DNA of 64,000 nucleotides from Phoronis australis (lineage: Eukaryota > Animalia > Phoronida). The notes under the pieces were generated by a model that saw only the letters and a list, made by a program, of their open reading frames with translations, did no database searches and was not told the DNA's origin. Position numbers and translations under genes: made by a program. Below, in pieces: positions 40,038 to 50,806 of the stretch. Positions within the stretch are counted from its first letter, which is position 1. Each line of letters begins with the position of its first letter. The stretch lies in NCBI GenBank assembly GCA_002633005.1, contig NMRA01000188.1, forward strand, positions 356,921-420,920, read 5' to 3'.

Positions 40038-42508
40038 TTAATGTGCTTTGAAAAGGTTTCCGATATTTAGCCATTCCCGACCGTAAAACACTCCACCAAC
40101 AACGAGACATAATACTGAAAGCAAAATCGCCATTCGTACAAACGTGTTCGCGCCATTCACAGTCTTTCTCAAACTCCGTGTTTGTATTCCAGAGAACGTG
40201 TTACGATACGCTTCGATTGTGGCCTGGCGAGCACCTGACCAATTATGAGGGCCCGTTAACCTGTATTGCACGGGAAAAGCAGGACGGTAGAAACACAGAA
40301 AGGCCAGGGCGGGGTCGCGAAACAGCAGTGACATGAAACGAGGTTTGGCACGGATGATGTCAGCGATCTTGTCGCGGTAAGTCAAATTATCCACCTGAAA
40401 CGAAGAGGCACGACTCGATAAAAAGATGCCAGTGTTTCAGAATTGACAATTACGTCGCATAAGCCATTTTTCTCAGTGAAATCTAGTACAATATTGTACC
40501 CAGTTTACTGGCGGATCTTGATGGGGGGGGGGCAACCACAAGTTTTGGAGAAAAAGTGGTAACCAAAAACGTCAACGCATTTTATTTTGGTTGTAGGCCG
40601 CCTTAGCAATTTGTAATTATATAACGAGATCGCATAAAGCTTTATTTACTCGAGTCGCCAAACTCATCACATGAGATCAAAATGACGAACTACTGGAATT
40701 GTTGGACGTCGCGAGGCTTTGGGGACATTGTCGGTTTTATGATTGAAGAACCCATTTGTTTTTGAAGTTACTAGCTTTGACCAGAGCTTAATAAAAACAA
40801 TGTTATCCATTGTGTTTTTTGACTTGGTTAAAAGTCGCCAATTCTCGCCGTTGAATGTCCGAAACTCGTCAAAATCAAGGTCGGTATCTTTACCAGTTAA
40901 ATACACTGCCATCTGTAGACGTACATGTACATGTAGAATTCAGCTCGGTCAACAGAGTGTTACACTGCAATGGTGGGGTTAGCAGTCACGAATCCGCTCA
41001 TATCTGAATATGATCTCAGAGTGACTTGCCGATAGTGTCCCTTTAATAACACACCTTCATGTCGATTGCTTATGTTCATCAGCAATTTCGTTTCCCAGCT
41101 TTTGCATTCCATTTTCATTTGGCAAACGACTGTAACCTAACAGCAATTGAACAATAAGAACTAAAACTATGTGACTCATCCTGAACTTCTCATCAAACTC
41201 CTTTCTCATTTGTTCTTTTGCTTTTTTGACGTCATCAGTCATTTGCCTTTGAGCAGGTAGCCCCATCTTACCACTGAACACTCGACATTGTACATATAAT
41301 TCAATAACGGACGTTCGAGGTCCGTTGCGGGAAATAATTCCGACAACGGCCAGTGTGTTGTGTTTGAAATAGTCCACTCATTTATACTTCATTTAAGGAA
41401 AACTGGAGATCACAAATCCTTCTATCAGTAAAGCTTAATTTTTGCATTAGTGGAAATTAGCTGAGAATGCGTACCAACGACACGACATTTTTGGATGCAT
41501 AGCCTGGGATAAGAAAATGAAGTGATCGGTATGCTCCCAGAACAGGGTTACCTAGCACTAAGTGAGATGTTATGAGTGTGTGACTGTATATTGATGAAAC
41601 AGTGCTCAAATGACCAACGCACTATTGAGACTAATTGTAAGCAAGCGGTTAGCCCTAGCTTAAAGTGCTTAAAACCATCACTTACGTGTTTTGACACCTG
41701 ATAACAATGCCAGCATCATTAAACCTTCCTTTATAGCAATGTATACCACAATTGTGAATTCGAAATCCCGAAAACAAGAAAATAGAAGAAAAGCAACTCC
41801 AGTTGAAAGCTTCTTAGCTCCACGGACATGAGCGTGACGTAAGGACGTACTCAGCGCCAGTGTGTCAGGATGCCGGTCCATCACTATGGCGCCGGGCTTT
41901 TCCTGTGTCCCACGGCGAGGTCAAATACTAATTGTCACAACCACCACAAACTCAAGCAACGCCTCGCCATGCCGTATCACACCATACACCATGGGAAAAC
42001 TAGCAGTAATATCTGAAGACTTGTCCCACCAAACACAATAGAGAATGACTAATCCTGTGATTGGTTGTCCTAATTTTACGTAGTATGTTTTGACCAATAA
42101 ATGCTCCGTAACTCGAAATCAGCTAATTATCATATCGTCAGAGAGAATTTGCAGGTGTTCTAATTTGACAGCTGATCGGCTGGCGTGGTTGTTTCCTCAG
42201 GGTTTTTTGATATGAAATTGATGATATAAGCACTTTAATAAATGAATATCGCACACGCCAATCTAAAGAGTTGTATCAATTTTTCGAAGATGATGGTTGG
42301 AAAAAATAAGGACATTAATGGGCGGAAAGAAGTACTATCCCTTAAAGATCATATCGATTCATGCAATAGTAAATCTTAAGGTACGATTACCTATCTGATC
42401 GTGTTGTTCAAAGCAGACCGGAAGCAGTCCTTCGGTAAGACACTACTTCACAGACACAATTACCCCAATACCGCCGCCCGCTATGGCCACACGCACACTT
42501 TTGGTCAT
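40038..42508 (-). pseudogene. FMO: FMO pseudogene (exon 1 at 42391-42508, partial exon 5 at 41180-41365, exon 6 at 40038-40394)
   Basis: Exon 1 has GAG>TAG and GGGIGG>GGGIGV. The exon 5 donor is GT>AT at 41179 and the exon has an internal deletion. Exons 2-4 are missing. Confidence 0.9.
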
Positions 42509-42837
42509 CGTAAATGCCGCCGGCCTGTTGTTACTCAAAAGGCTTAGAATTCCCTGGCCTCAAATACGTCTAGGCGTGCGCGGCCGACAATGATGTTTCT
42601 GAAAAGCGACAAACTAGGAAACAAGAACAATGCAAAGCGTCTAGGCGAAATTCGTCAACGAGAGCTTCGTAAACGGTGTGCTTCTGGTGGACTTGATTAG
42701 TCAGTCTCAGTGCCGCGCTTTGCTATGTGGTCTACCAGTCGTGAGGCAAGAATTTCTGTAAACATCAGAAAAAGCGACTGTCCTCCATCGTAAGTTGTTA
42801 TGATAGGCTACGTTACTGTACGTTGTACCTATAGGAA

Positions 42838-43483
42838 CAGTGGCGGATCTAGGATATCACAAGAGGGGCCAACACATTGTCCGGCTGTAAGCATTTGCGC
42901 AAACTGAACCACGATTGTAGATGCGCATAGCACCGAATGGGGGGAGGTGGGGAGTGGGGTTTGCCCCCCCTCCCGCCCACGAAATTTTTCTGTTTTTACC
43001 TGTAAAAATCAAGCATTTTCCTTGATTCCTGAAGTATTATCCAAGAAAAACAAAACACGGAGAACGTTTCAAACAGGAAAAACTGCAAGTACCAAAGACT
43101 CGAACTCACGACCTGGAGGATAGAGGGCGCGTGCGTTACCACTACACCACCACGATTTAACTACTAATCTCATACTAAGAGACCTACTTGTTTATGGTCC
43201 ACAGCGTTTGCGCGCGAAACCTACTTCTTTCTGTAATGCTTATATTTTGTGCCATCAATTCTTAACAAATTTTTTCGTATTTAAAATAGTCTTCAAATGC
43301 CCAAAAGACCAAATCCGTTTTTCGTGTTGGCAATAATGACGGCATTGCTTTGGAAATCGTCTAAGTTAAGGTTTGACAAAGAGAGTATTGCGAGTTTCTG
43401 AGTGATTCACTAAGGCTTCGATTAAAATTCACATCTTACCAGCAGCTTCTGTGTTTTCATCGTCACCCAGGTTTCATTTTCTT
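42838..43483 (-). mobile_element. Inverted copy of the 11732-12394 element
   Basis: Begins CAGTGGCGGATCTAGGATATCACAAG and is a reverse-complement match to about 11780-12394. Confidence 0.85.
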
Positions 43484-45964
43484 TAAAAATGAAGTAAATT
43501 TTCTTCATTGCACAGTGGAGCAGACAACGGTAACGGAGTCGTAGTGCGCAGCGCCACTGCCGGTCGCTATATACTTAGCCATAGTTACGTTTCGAATGCG
43601 CCGTGTTCCGAATTTGACACCTGAAATTGTCTCCGAAACATACTTTATTAAGAGTCACTGCGTGAGAAAGTCAGGCAGATGCGGGAACATGACATGTCAC
43701 GGATTTTTTTGAAATATAGCTTAGTTTTACTCTTAGGTGGAATGGTCAACACCTAAAATAATTTTATTTGAAATATCTAACTTCTTCACAGAAAACTACC
43801 CTCTCGAAATTTTTGGCTAGTTTATGGCTTCGAAAACCATCAAATTTAGAATTTTTGTTGCATCACTGTGTACATTGTACCAACGACAAATTAACAGAAA
43901 CTGACATACTGAATAAACACACACTTCTGTCTACATGAAAACCCACCTGTGTCAAGCTGTGCGTTATTTTTTTACCTCGCAAAAACACTCAGAAAAGTAA
44001 CATACTACATGTGAAAGCTGAGCCTTTGTAGAGTACATATCTATTCAAACATTCCTGGACAGCGACCTGAGTGTCCTGCATGCTTTGATTGAAACCACCC
44101 ACTTTGCAGATATCGGTCGTTCTGTTCGCCATCACTGTCACACTCCCATTAACAAACCAACAAAATTCTAAAGATTTATGAGTAACAAAAAACGATGTCA
44201 ACAAGATCGTTAAGATTTTTCAAAGCTCGAAATCTGAATTACATTAAAATTCTCGCGGCTAGTGCTCAGAACTTTACAATTAAAGCTGAAATTACGGCCT
44301 CAAAACGATGGCAATTGTTGGTCCTGTAATGTCTGCTTGACGTCTAGTAATGACGTAAAGTGGTTCCGAAAAAATAGGAGCATATCTTAACACGAGGCAA
44401 GCCAAAAATCATACTTGATTGAATGATTATTTCTAACCATACCTTTTAAGTACCGAAGACCCACGGGGAGCACTGATCCTGTAAAGGTGAAAATCTTCCT
44501 GGTAGTAATTTTTCTGCTGCTCATCACCGCTTTACAGAGTCGGAAAAATGAACCTTCTGTTGAACAAGTTGTACTCATTACGCAGTACCAATTCAATATT
44601 TTAGGGCGCGCCCAAGCGTGTAACTTTGAGAAATCCTACATTTTTGGCACGGAAAACCTATATTGGCTATTACTATTTGTATAGGAGTGTTTTCGCCAAC
44701 CTCCGCTCAACAGCTCTTGAAGCAACGTTTCAGCCAGTTGTATTTATAATTATCACCGGGACTTCCATTTTAGTGATGACGATTGCAAAGGACTGAAACG
44801 TAGATTCGATGAAGCATTGCAGGTTCAGGTGAGAATGGACCAGAAGATTCCAACCGTGATTATAGAACATCCCTAACACAATATGAATTCGAGATGTACA
44901 TAAAAATACTAGGGCTAGGAATGTCATTGGTTAATCTGGGCATCAGGTGTAAATCACTAGCAGATCCAGAATTTCAAAAGGGGCAATTGCAGTGGTGCTA
45001 TGAATTTGAAATACAGACAGACTACGAAAATGTCAAATTATTTTACGTAAGGTATCGTTGAACTTAAGTGTTTTATTATCTAACACTCATGGACGAAACT
45101 CTAACTTGCAACACATAGAAAAACACATCAGTGCAGTATTTATTACACAGGAAATTTATACAACGCAGTCATGGTTGACATCGAGCTATGGATAGGACAC
45201 TTTAGTTTCCCACATGTAAATTGATTATAGTGCATATGTGTATTATACAAGTGTGGGTGTTAAAGCTGGTAGTGAACGTTAAGCTTTGGGTATCGAGATC
45301 TTTGATCAAAAGTAGTCTACATCACACTGCAATTTTTTGTCAACATTATACAAAAAGCAGGAAAACGGAAAGTGCCCAAGATTGCATCTCTGGCAGTATG
45401 CTTCCAGGGATGTTAATAATATGTAATATATAAAATAAAAAACTATAGGTGGTGCAGCATACATTATATTCATCGGAAACATGACTGTCACATTCTAGCC
45501 CAATTCCATACATCAAGATACTTGGTTGGTACAGAACCGCTAGAGGACGCCACAACACTCAGACATGTCCTAAAATTTATGCCGGGCATACTCTCCTCAA
45601 TAATGCAACACATACATCAAATTGCACCCAGATTCATCAACAGAACTTTGTAAATATTGCGGTACAGATAAACAAACAAATTGACACTCCGGGAGCCTCG
45701 GTGATTACACCCATCAGAAAACCTGTCAGTCGTGATCATCTCAATAGGAACACATGAGCAAAATTTCAGAACTATCCTCCAAGCAATTTCAAGGACAGAG
45801 AGGCTGCTGCCAGAAATGATAATATTTAGTGGCACAGAATATATATTTCAAATCCAGCCAAAACTAGCAGTTTGTTCTCGTTTCCTCAACAGAAACAAAT
45901 ATATCATTTTGCACGAAAATACATCAAGAAACTTGGTAGATATAGAGGCATACGTAAAGAAAAC

Positions 45965-46119
45965 ATTGCTGTAGTGGCGGGTAGGCACAGGTAGGCGCAA
46001 CCAACCACCTTTTGGCATTTGAACGTAGTGCCTACGCACCATAAGTTACGTTCAGTGCTCAAGGTGATACGGTGGACTTTGGGCGCCTACTTACCTTTAA
46101 TTTTACCCCTACGGCACGG
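45965..46119. mobile_element. hAT MITE, diverged copy of 55349-55504
   Basis: Shared core AACCACCTTTTGGCATTTGAACGTAG...GCGCCTACTTACC. Confidence 0.7.
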
Positions 46120-48282
46120 CCATTATAGGGCACCATAAGAGATCGTCCAATCAACAATCAGTGTCAGTCGTGCTCATCTCAATGGCAACATTTCTGTACA
46201 TATTACATAGGTACGTCAGGGAGTAGGAAAACGTGGATGTCTCCATAACTGAAACAATTTTTCGAAATTTGATGAAAATCAGTCAAGGAACTTGCTAGAT
46301 AAAGAGACTAACATGAAGAAGTAAAGTTGTCACTAGGGGCCCAGTGGTAGTCAAATACATCCCAAAATTCTCTTGTATCATTTCATTTGTAAAATTTCAC
46401 ATTCACCAAGGATTTGGAGATGCAGCAGCAGATGCCAGACAAAAAGACCGGGATGACAGCATAATGGGCCTACACACGCATGCTTGCATGCATGCAGTCA
46501 AACAGATCAAGGCAAAAGTAATCAGACAATATAAATCTTTGCCCAGCTTGACCGCTAATGACTGGTAATAACTATTATGACCGCTAATAACAGAATGTCT
46601 CAGCCACAATATTAACTTTCCTGTTTCCCTTCATTTTCACTCACAAACAAAGATCACTTTGACCACGAATTCTACTTTTGCCCTAGCTGTCATGGCAAGG
46701 AATTCCGGGTTATTTTGTCATGATACGTTTGGCTTGTACTGTATATTAATGTATACAAATAACCTGGAAATGACAGTTAAAGGGACACTCTTGGCGTGAA
46801 GTAATTTCACAGAAAATATCATGGAATCAAACTCACTAGCAACATTACTTCATAGCAATAGACACACCATAAGGTGCACAACAAGAATACAGTAACACTG
46901 ATGAATACGATCTACATGGATACTGCTCAAGATATTCAAACAGCAGTTCTATGATTGTGTCCTGCGGTTCTCTTTTGTTGAGAACACCTCACTGGATGGC
47001 TTTTTGACCAGTTTTCATGCCTTCATTGAACGCATCAGTTAAAAACACCTTTACAATTTCAGTCATTATTTCAGACCTTTATGCTGACTTCAGAGCCCAC
47101 CCCGCCCATTGTGCTGTATGACTCTCCTGCTGTTTGGGTACTAGCTGTCTGCATTTTTACACCTGAAAATATAAAACTCAATAAGATAGTATATGTTATC
47201 TAGTCCATTGGCAGGCTACCAGAACAACAATTGTCAAACACTCGTAAACACAACTCACACACCTAATTGTAAGCTGATCCCTGTTCACACAAATCAAACA
47301 CAGCTTTCGCAACCAATAAGCAGTTCAAAAACTCACGTGACTAAGAATCATGTCTATGACTCAGGGAACAGTGTGTGAGGAGTGTTTAATGATAACAAAG
47401 CTGGATGCAACACCAGGAGCCATGCTTTTTGGATGGGTAGCCATGCTTTTTGAATTCACAAAATGAGCTTACAAAATCCAAATGCTGTGGTCATGAGTGA
47501 GAGAGTTGTGCTGTTTGAGTGGTCTGATTGATATATTAATCCACGTCAAAAAAATCCAACCTAAATTTGTGCGAATGTCCAAACCATGGCTGCATAGGCT
47601 GTTGTGTAGCATGTTCCACAACAACTTCGCATTTCCATGTTGACTCTTAAGCCAACTTGGAACAGTCAGTGACTACAACGCACAACAAAGGTTATATGTC
47701 CAACTTATGGATTTGTGATGCCAAATTGAGTTCAAAGAGCATGCTGTTTAACTTCACCTTCTATACCAGTGACTTTGGCAGTCCACTTTCTCCCCACATC
47801 AGCGATGATCTTCAAGTGCTGTTAGCTGTTTGTCATGCCAGCCCATGCTAACTTGCTGCTTGAGTTCGTTTCGAAAGGCAAAAGTATTGTTACAGCCATC
47901 TTTTGGACACAGAAATATCTTCGTCCTTCGATTTGCTGAAACTAGTGAAAGGTCACAATTAGGATGCAACATGACATTCCTCAACCACTGGTTCCACTGG
48001 TTTTCAATCAGAAGCAGGATTCTCCAAAACCACCCCATCTCCAATCCCATATACAAGCAACTACATTTCTTGTTGAAATAGGTAACTTAGTTGTAAGCAT
48101 TAGAACACAAGTCCTTTTTAAAAATCAAGCTATGAAAGAATATTCCATTCCATCAAATATTTAACTTTTGTTTCAGACCACATAGACAGCTGAAACTAGT
48201 TCTGAGATGGTATGACTAATCACAGTGAGATTTCTGAGAAAAATCTATGTAATTGAATACAGCCCATACTATGATTTGTTAC

Positions 48283-48587
48283 TATAGTAAATGTCGACGT
48301 CAGTCTCGGCTGTGGCGTCTCTATGTTGTGATGTCCTTTTCGTGACAATGTTGGTCTTGGCCTGGTGCGACATCTAACGCCAGAAGAGCCCAGCCGAGGT
48401 CACACTCCTATCACGTGACGAGTCACCCATGAAGACCACGTGACAAGATCGTCTGGGCCTTCTGGAGTTCGCTGCCGTCCTGTGCGGACGCAATGTGAGT
48501 ATCCTCCAGACTTTGCTCTTGCACCGTGTTAATAGGCCCGAACTTGTGTGTCTGTGTAGCCGACCCCTTTTTTCATCTATTACAACA
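48283..48587 (+). repeat. 5' LTR
   Basis: TATAGTAAA...TTACAACA. Identical by eye to the 3' LTR except at base 2. Confidence 0.97.
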
Positions 48588-48589
48588 TT

Positions 48590-48606
48590 TGGCGTAGTCG
48601 GCAGGA
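48590..48606 (+). promoter_or_regulatory. Primer binding site complementary to the tRNA-Ser 3' end
   Basis: TGGCGTAGTCGGCAGGA is the reverse complement of the eukaryotic tRNA-Ser end TCCTGCCGACTACG-CCA. It starts 2 nt after the LTR. Confidence 0.9.
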
Positions 48607-48655
48607 GGTCACCCTTCCACAAAGGGTGAGGGATGCTGGTTCGCCATGCCCTCGG

Positions 48656-49615
48656 ATGTCGTGTGTGGCAAAAGCCCGCCAGCCACCTGGCATGCCCTTA
48701 AAGGGTCAACGTTCATCTGGGGCTTCGCCGTCCGCGTCCAAAGCTAAATCAGGACCACCTCCTGATTTAGCTATAGATGCCCACTTCCATCTGGATCGCT
48801 TGTCGGCATCCTGGGCTCAGCTTCATATCACTGAGACTAGGATGCTGACGATCGATCAGATGCTCAGCACCCAGCTGCCACGGGTTTCTCAAAAACCTGT
48901 GCGGTTGGTTGGTGGGATTGCAGTTTTCTGCGATGTGGAAAACTGGAAGTACGTTGAGGCTTCCCGTTTCCCACATGGCTGGAAGGCTGTGGTGGGCATC
49001 CACCCCAAACGGGTTGGATCAACGAATCCCAGTGTTCTGGAGCGTCTCCCCCAGCTACTAAAGGAGCCCTTTGTAGCTGGCCTTGGTGAGGTCGGTCTGG
49101 AGGCCCGGGAGGACTTGGCCATCCAAAAAGAAGCTTTGGAGGAGATGGTGCGAATATTTGCGGAGGTTCGGGCCAGCTCCCCCAGCTTCAAAAATAAAGT
49201 CGTGGTGATCCACCTTCGTGGCTCCCCCGACAATCCACGCTTCTTGGAGGGACAAGACTTCGGCTTCGACCTCCTGAAGCGCCACTGTGATGCAGACTTG
49301 GGTTTGCATCTCCATTGTTTTGGAGGTGCGCCCGAGGATGTACTCCGGTGGACGGGGTTCTTTAGAAACTGCCACTTCGGCTTCGCCGGTCACGTGCGGC
49401 AGTTTCTGAAGTTCCAAAACAAGGGGCTACAAGAGGTTCCGATGAATCGACTCCTCCTGGAGTCCGATTCACCGCTCCTCGCCATTGGGCAAGCCCCAAT
49501 GGCGCCCCAATACCTGGGGGAAGTAGCTATGGAGGTGGCGCAGCGTTCTCGTTGTCCGCTGCGTGACATCCTGGCTGCTTCCACCAGGAATGCCAGGCGG
49601 CTTTACCATCTTTAA
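48656..49615 (+). CDS. tatD: TatD-family metal-dependent nuclease (TIM barrel), intronless
   Basis: IDAHFHLD, VGIHPK, GLGEVGLE, VVIHLR, HLHCFGG, FGFAG, LLLESDSP, N..RLY. The first in-frame ATG is at 48656; the frame is open from 48560. Confidence 0.93.
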   Translation: MSCVAKARQPPGMPLKGQRSSGASPSASKAKSGPPPDLAIDAHFHLDRLSASWAQLHITETRMLTIDQMLSTQLPRVSQKPVRLVGGIAVFCDVENWKYVEASRFPHGWKAVVGIHPKRVGSTNPSVLERLPQLLKEPFVAGLGEVGLEAREDLAIQKEALEEMVRIFAEVRASSPSFKNKVVVIHLRGSPDNPRFLEGQDFGFDLLKRHCDADLGLHLHCFGGAPEDVLRWTGFFRNCHFGFAGHVRQFLKFQNKGLQEVPMNRLLLESDSPLLAIGQAPMAPQYLGEVAMEVAQRSRCPLRDILAASTRNARRLYHL

Positions 49616-50487
49616 CAAATTGTTAGAGGTGGTTCAGCATCCTGGTGTGCCTGGGTCATAACCTATGCCCCAGGTTTTCTCCTAGTCCCTTGGGTAATTG
49701 CCCGTTATTATCAACTCTGGGGCTGACTACGGTCTCTGGATTTGTGCCTTACCCTTGGTCCTAGGAGAAGTGTAATGTCCGTATTAAGTAATATAAGTAG
49801 TATAAGTAGATAAGTAGCGTACTGGTCCATTATTTTTATATAGTAGTGTTTATTTGTTAAAACTATATAGTATATTTTTGTTATAAGTTTTCATACTATA
49901 TACATTGTCTATTATATATTCAAGACTATACTTTCTATAGTATTATGTATTAGTTGTTACTATATACTTTATTTTTGTATATTTAGTTAAGTTTCCTATA
50001 TAGTCTATGTATGTTATTAAAGACTTTATCATTTTATATCTCTGTTCATCACTACTGAAGTAATGAATACTCATTTTAGGGCCAGTATGCTTTTGTTGTT
50101 CAGTTTTTTAGTTTTAAAAAAAAATGTATATATTCTCTCGCCAGGTCATCACCAACAATAAGAGTGTTGTCATAGCATAGTCCAGGAATTTTATGCTCCC
50201 TGGTACTGGTATTAGTGGAGCATATTTTCTTTTTTTTCTTTTTTAGTCATGTTTGACTACAATAATGGATATATGCTATGACTGTATGTCTAATTAGTAT
50301 GTGTTTTTTTTTGATAGGGGGGAGAATAGTTAGATAAAATTTTAAACAGTAATTCTTACTTCATAAGGTCATTCCTAATCATGTTACTAATAGGGTTTAG
50401 AGTCTTGTCATCTTAGGTCAAGGGTTTATGTTTAGATGTTGGGAGTGACGTTCGCCATTTGCTATAAGGGCTCCACTCCTTTTCTTT

Positions 50488-50501
50488 AGGGAAGGGAGGA
50501 A
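50488..50501 (+). promoter_or_regulatory. Polypurine tract
   Basis: AGGGAAGGGAGGAA immediately precedes the TG of the 3' LTR. Confidence 0.9.
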
Positions 50502-50806
50502 TGTAGTAAATGTCGACGTCAGTCTCGGCTGTGGCGTCTCTATGTTGTGATGTCCTTTTCGTGACAATGTTGGTCTTGGCCTGGTGCGACATCTAACGCC
50601 AGAAGAGCCCAGCCGAGGTCACACTCCTATCACGTGACGAGTCACCCATGAAGACCACGTGACAAGATCGTCTGGGCCTTCTGGAGTTCGCTGCCGTCCT
50701 GTGCGGACGCAATGTGAGTATCCTCCAGACTTTGCTCTTGCACCGTGTTAATAGGCCCGAACTTGTGTGTCTGTGTAGCCGACCCCTTTTTTCATCTATT
50801 ACAACA
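50502..50806 (+). repeat. 3' LTR
   Basis: TGTAGTAAA...TTACAACA, 305 bp. Confidence 0.97.

Larger units (their letters stand above)
48283..50806 (+). mobile_element. Non-autonomous LTR retroelement carrying only a TatD nuclease gene
   Basis: 305-bp LTRs, TTAC TSD (48279-48282 and 50807-50810), PBS and PPT. No gag, PR, RT or IN ORF inside. Confidence 0.95.

Noticed and set aside
48374-48622. Duplicated minus-strand ORF (also within 50593-50946)
   Set aside because: It is the antisense reading of the LTR, with no recognisable domain.
48626-49615. TatD as bacterial contamination or part of a tat operon
   Set aside because: It lies between eukaryotic LTRs with a TSD, a eukaryotic tRNA PBS and a PPT, and there are no neighbouring bacterial genes.
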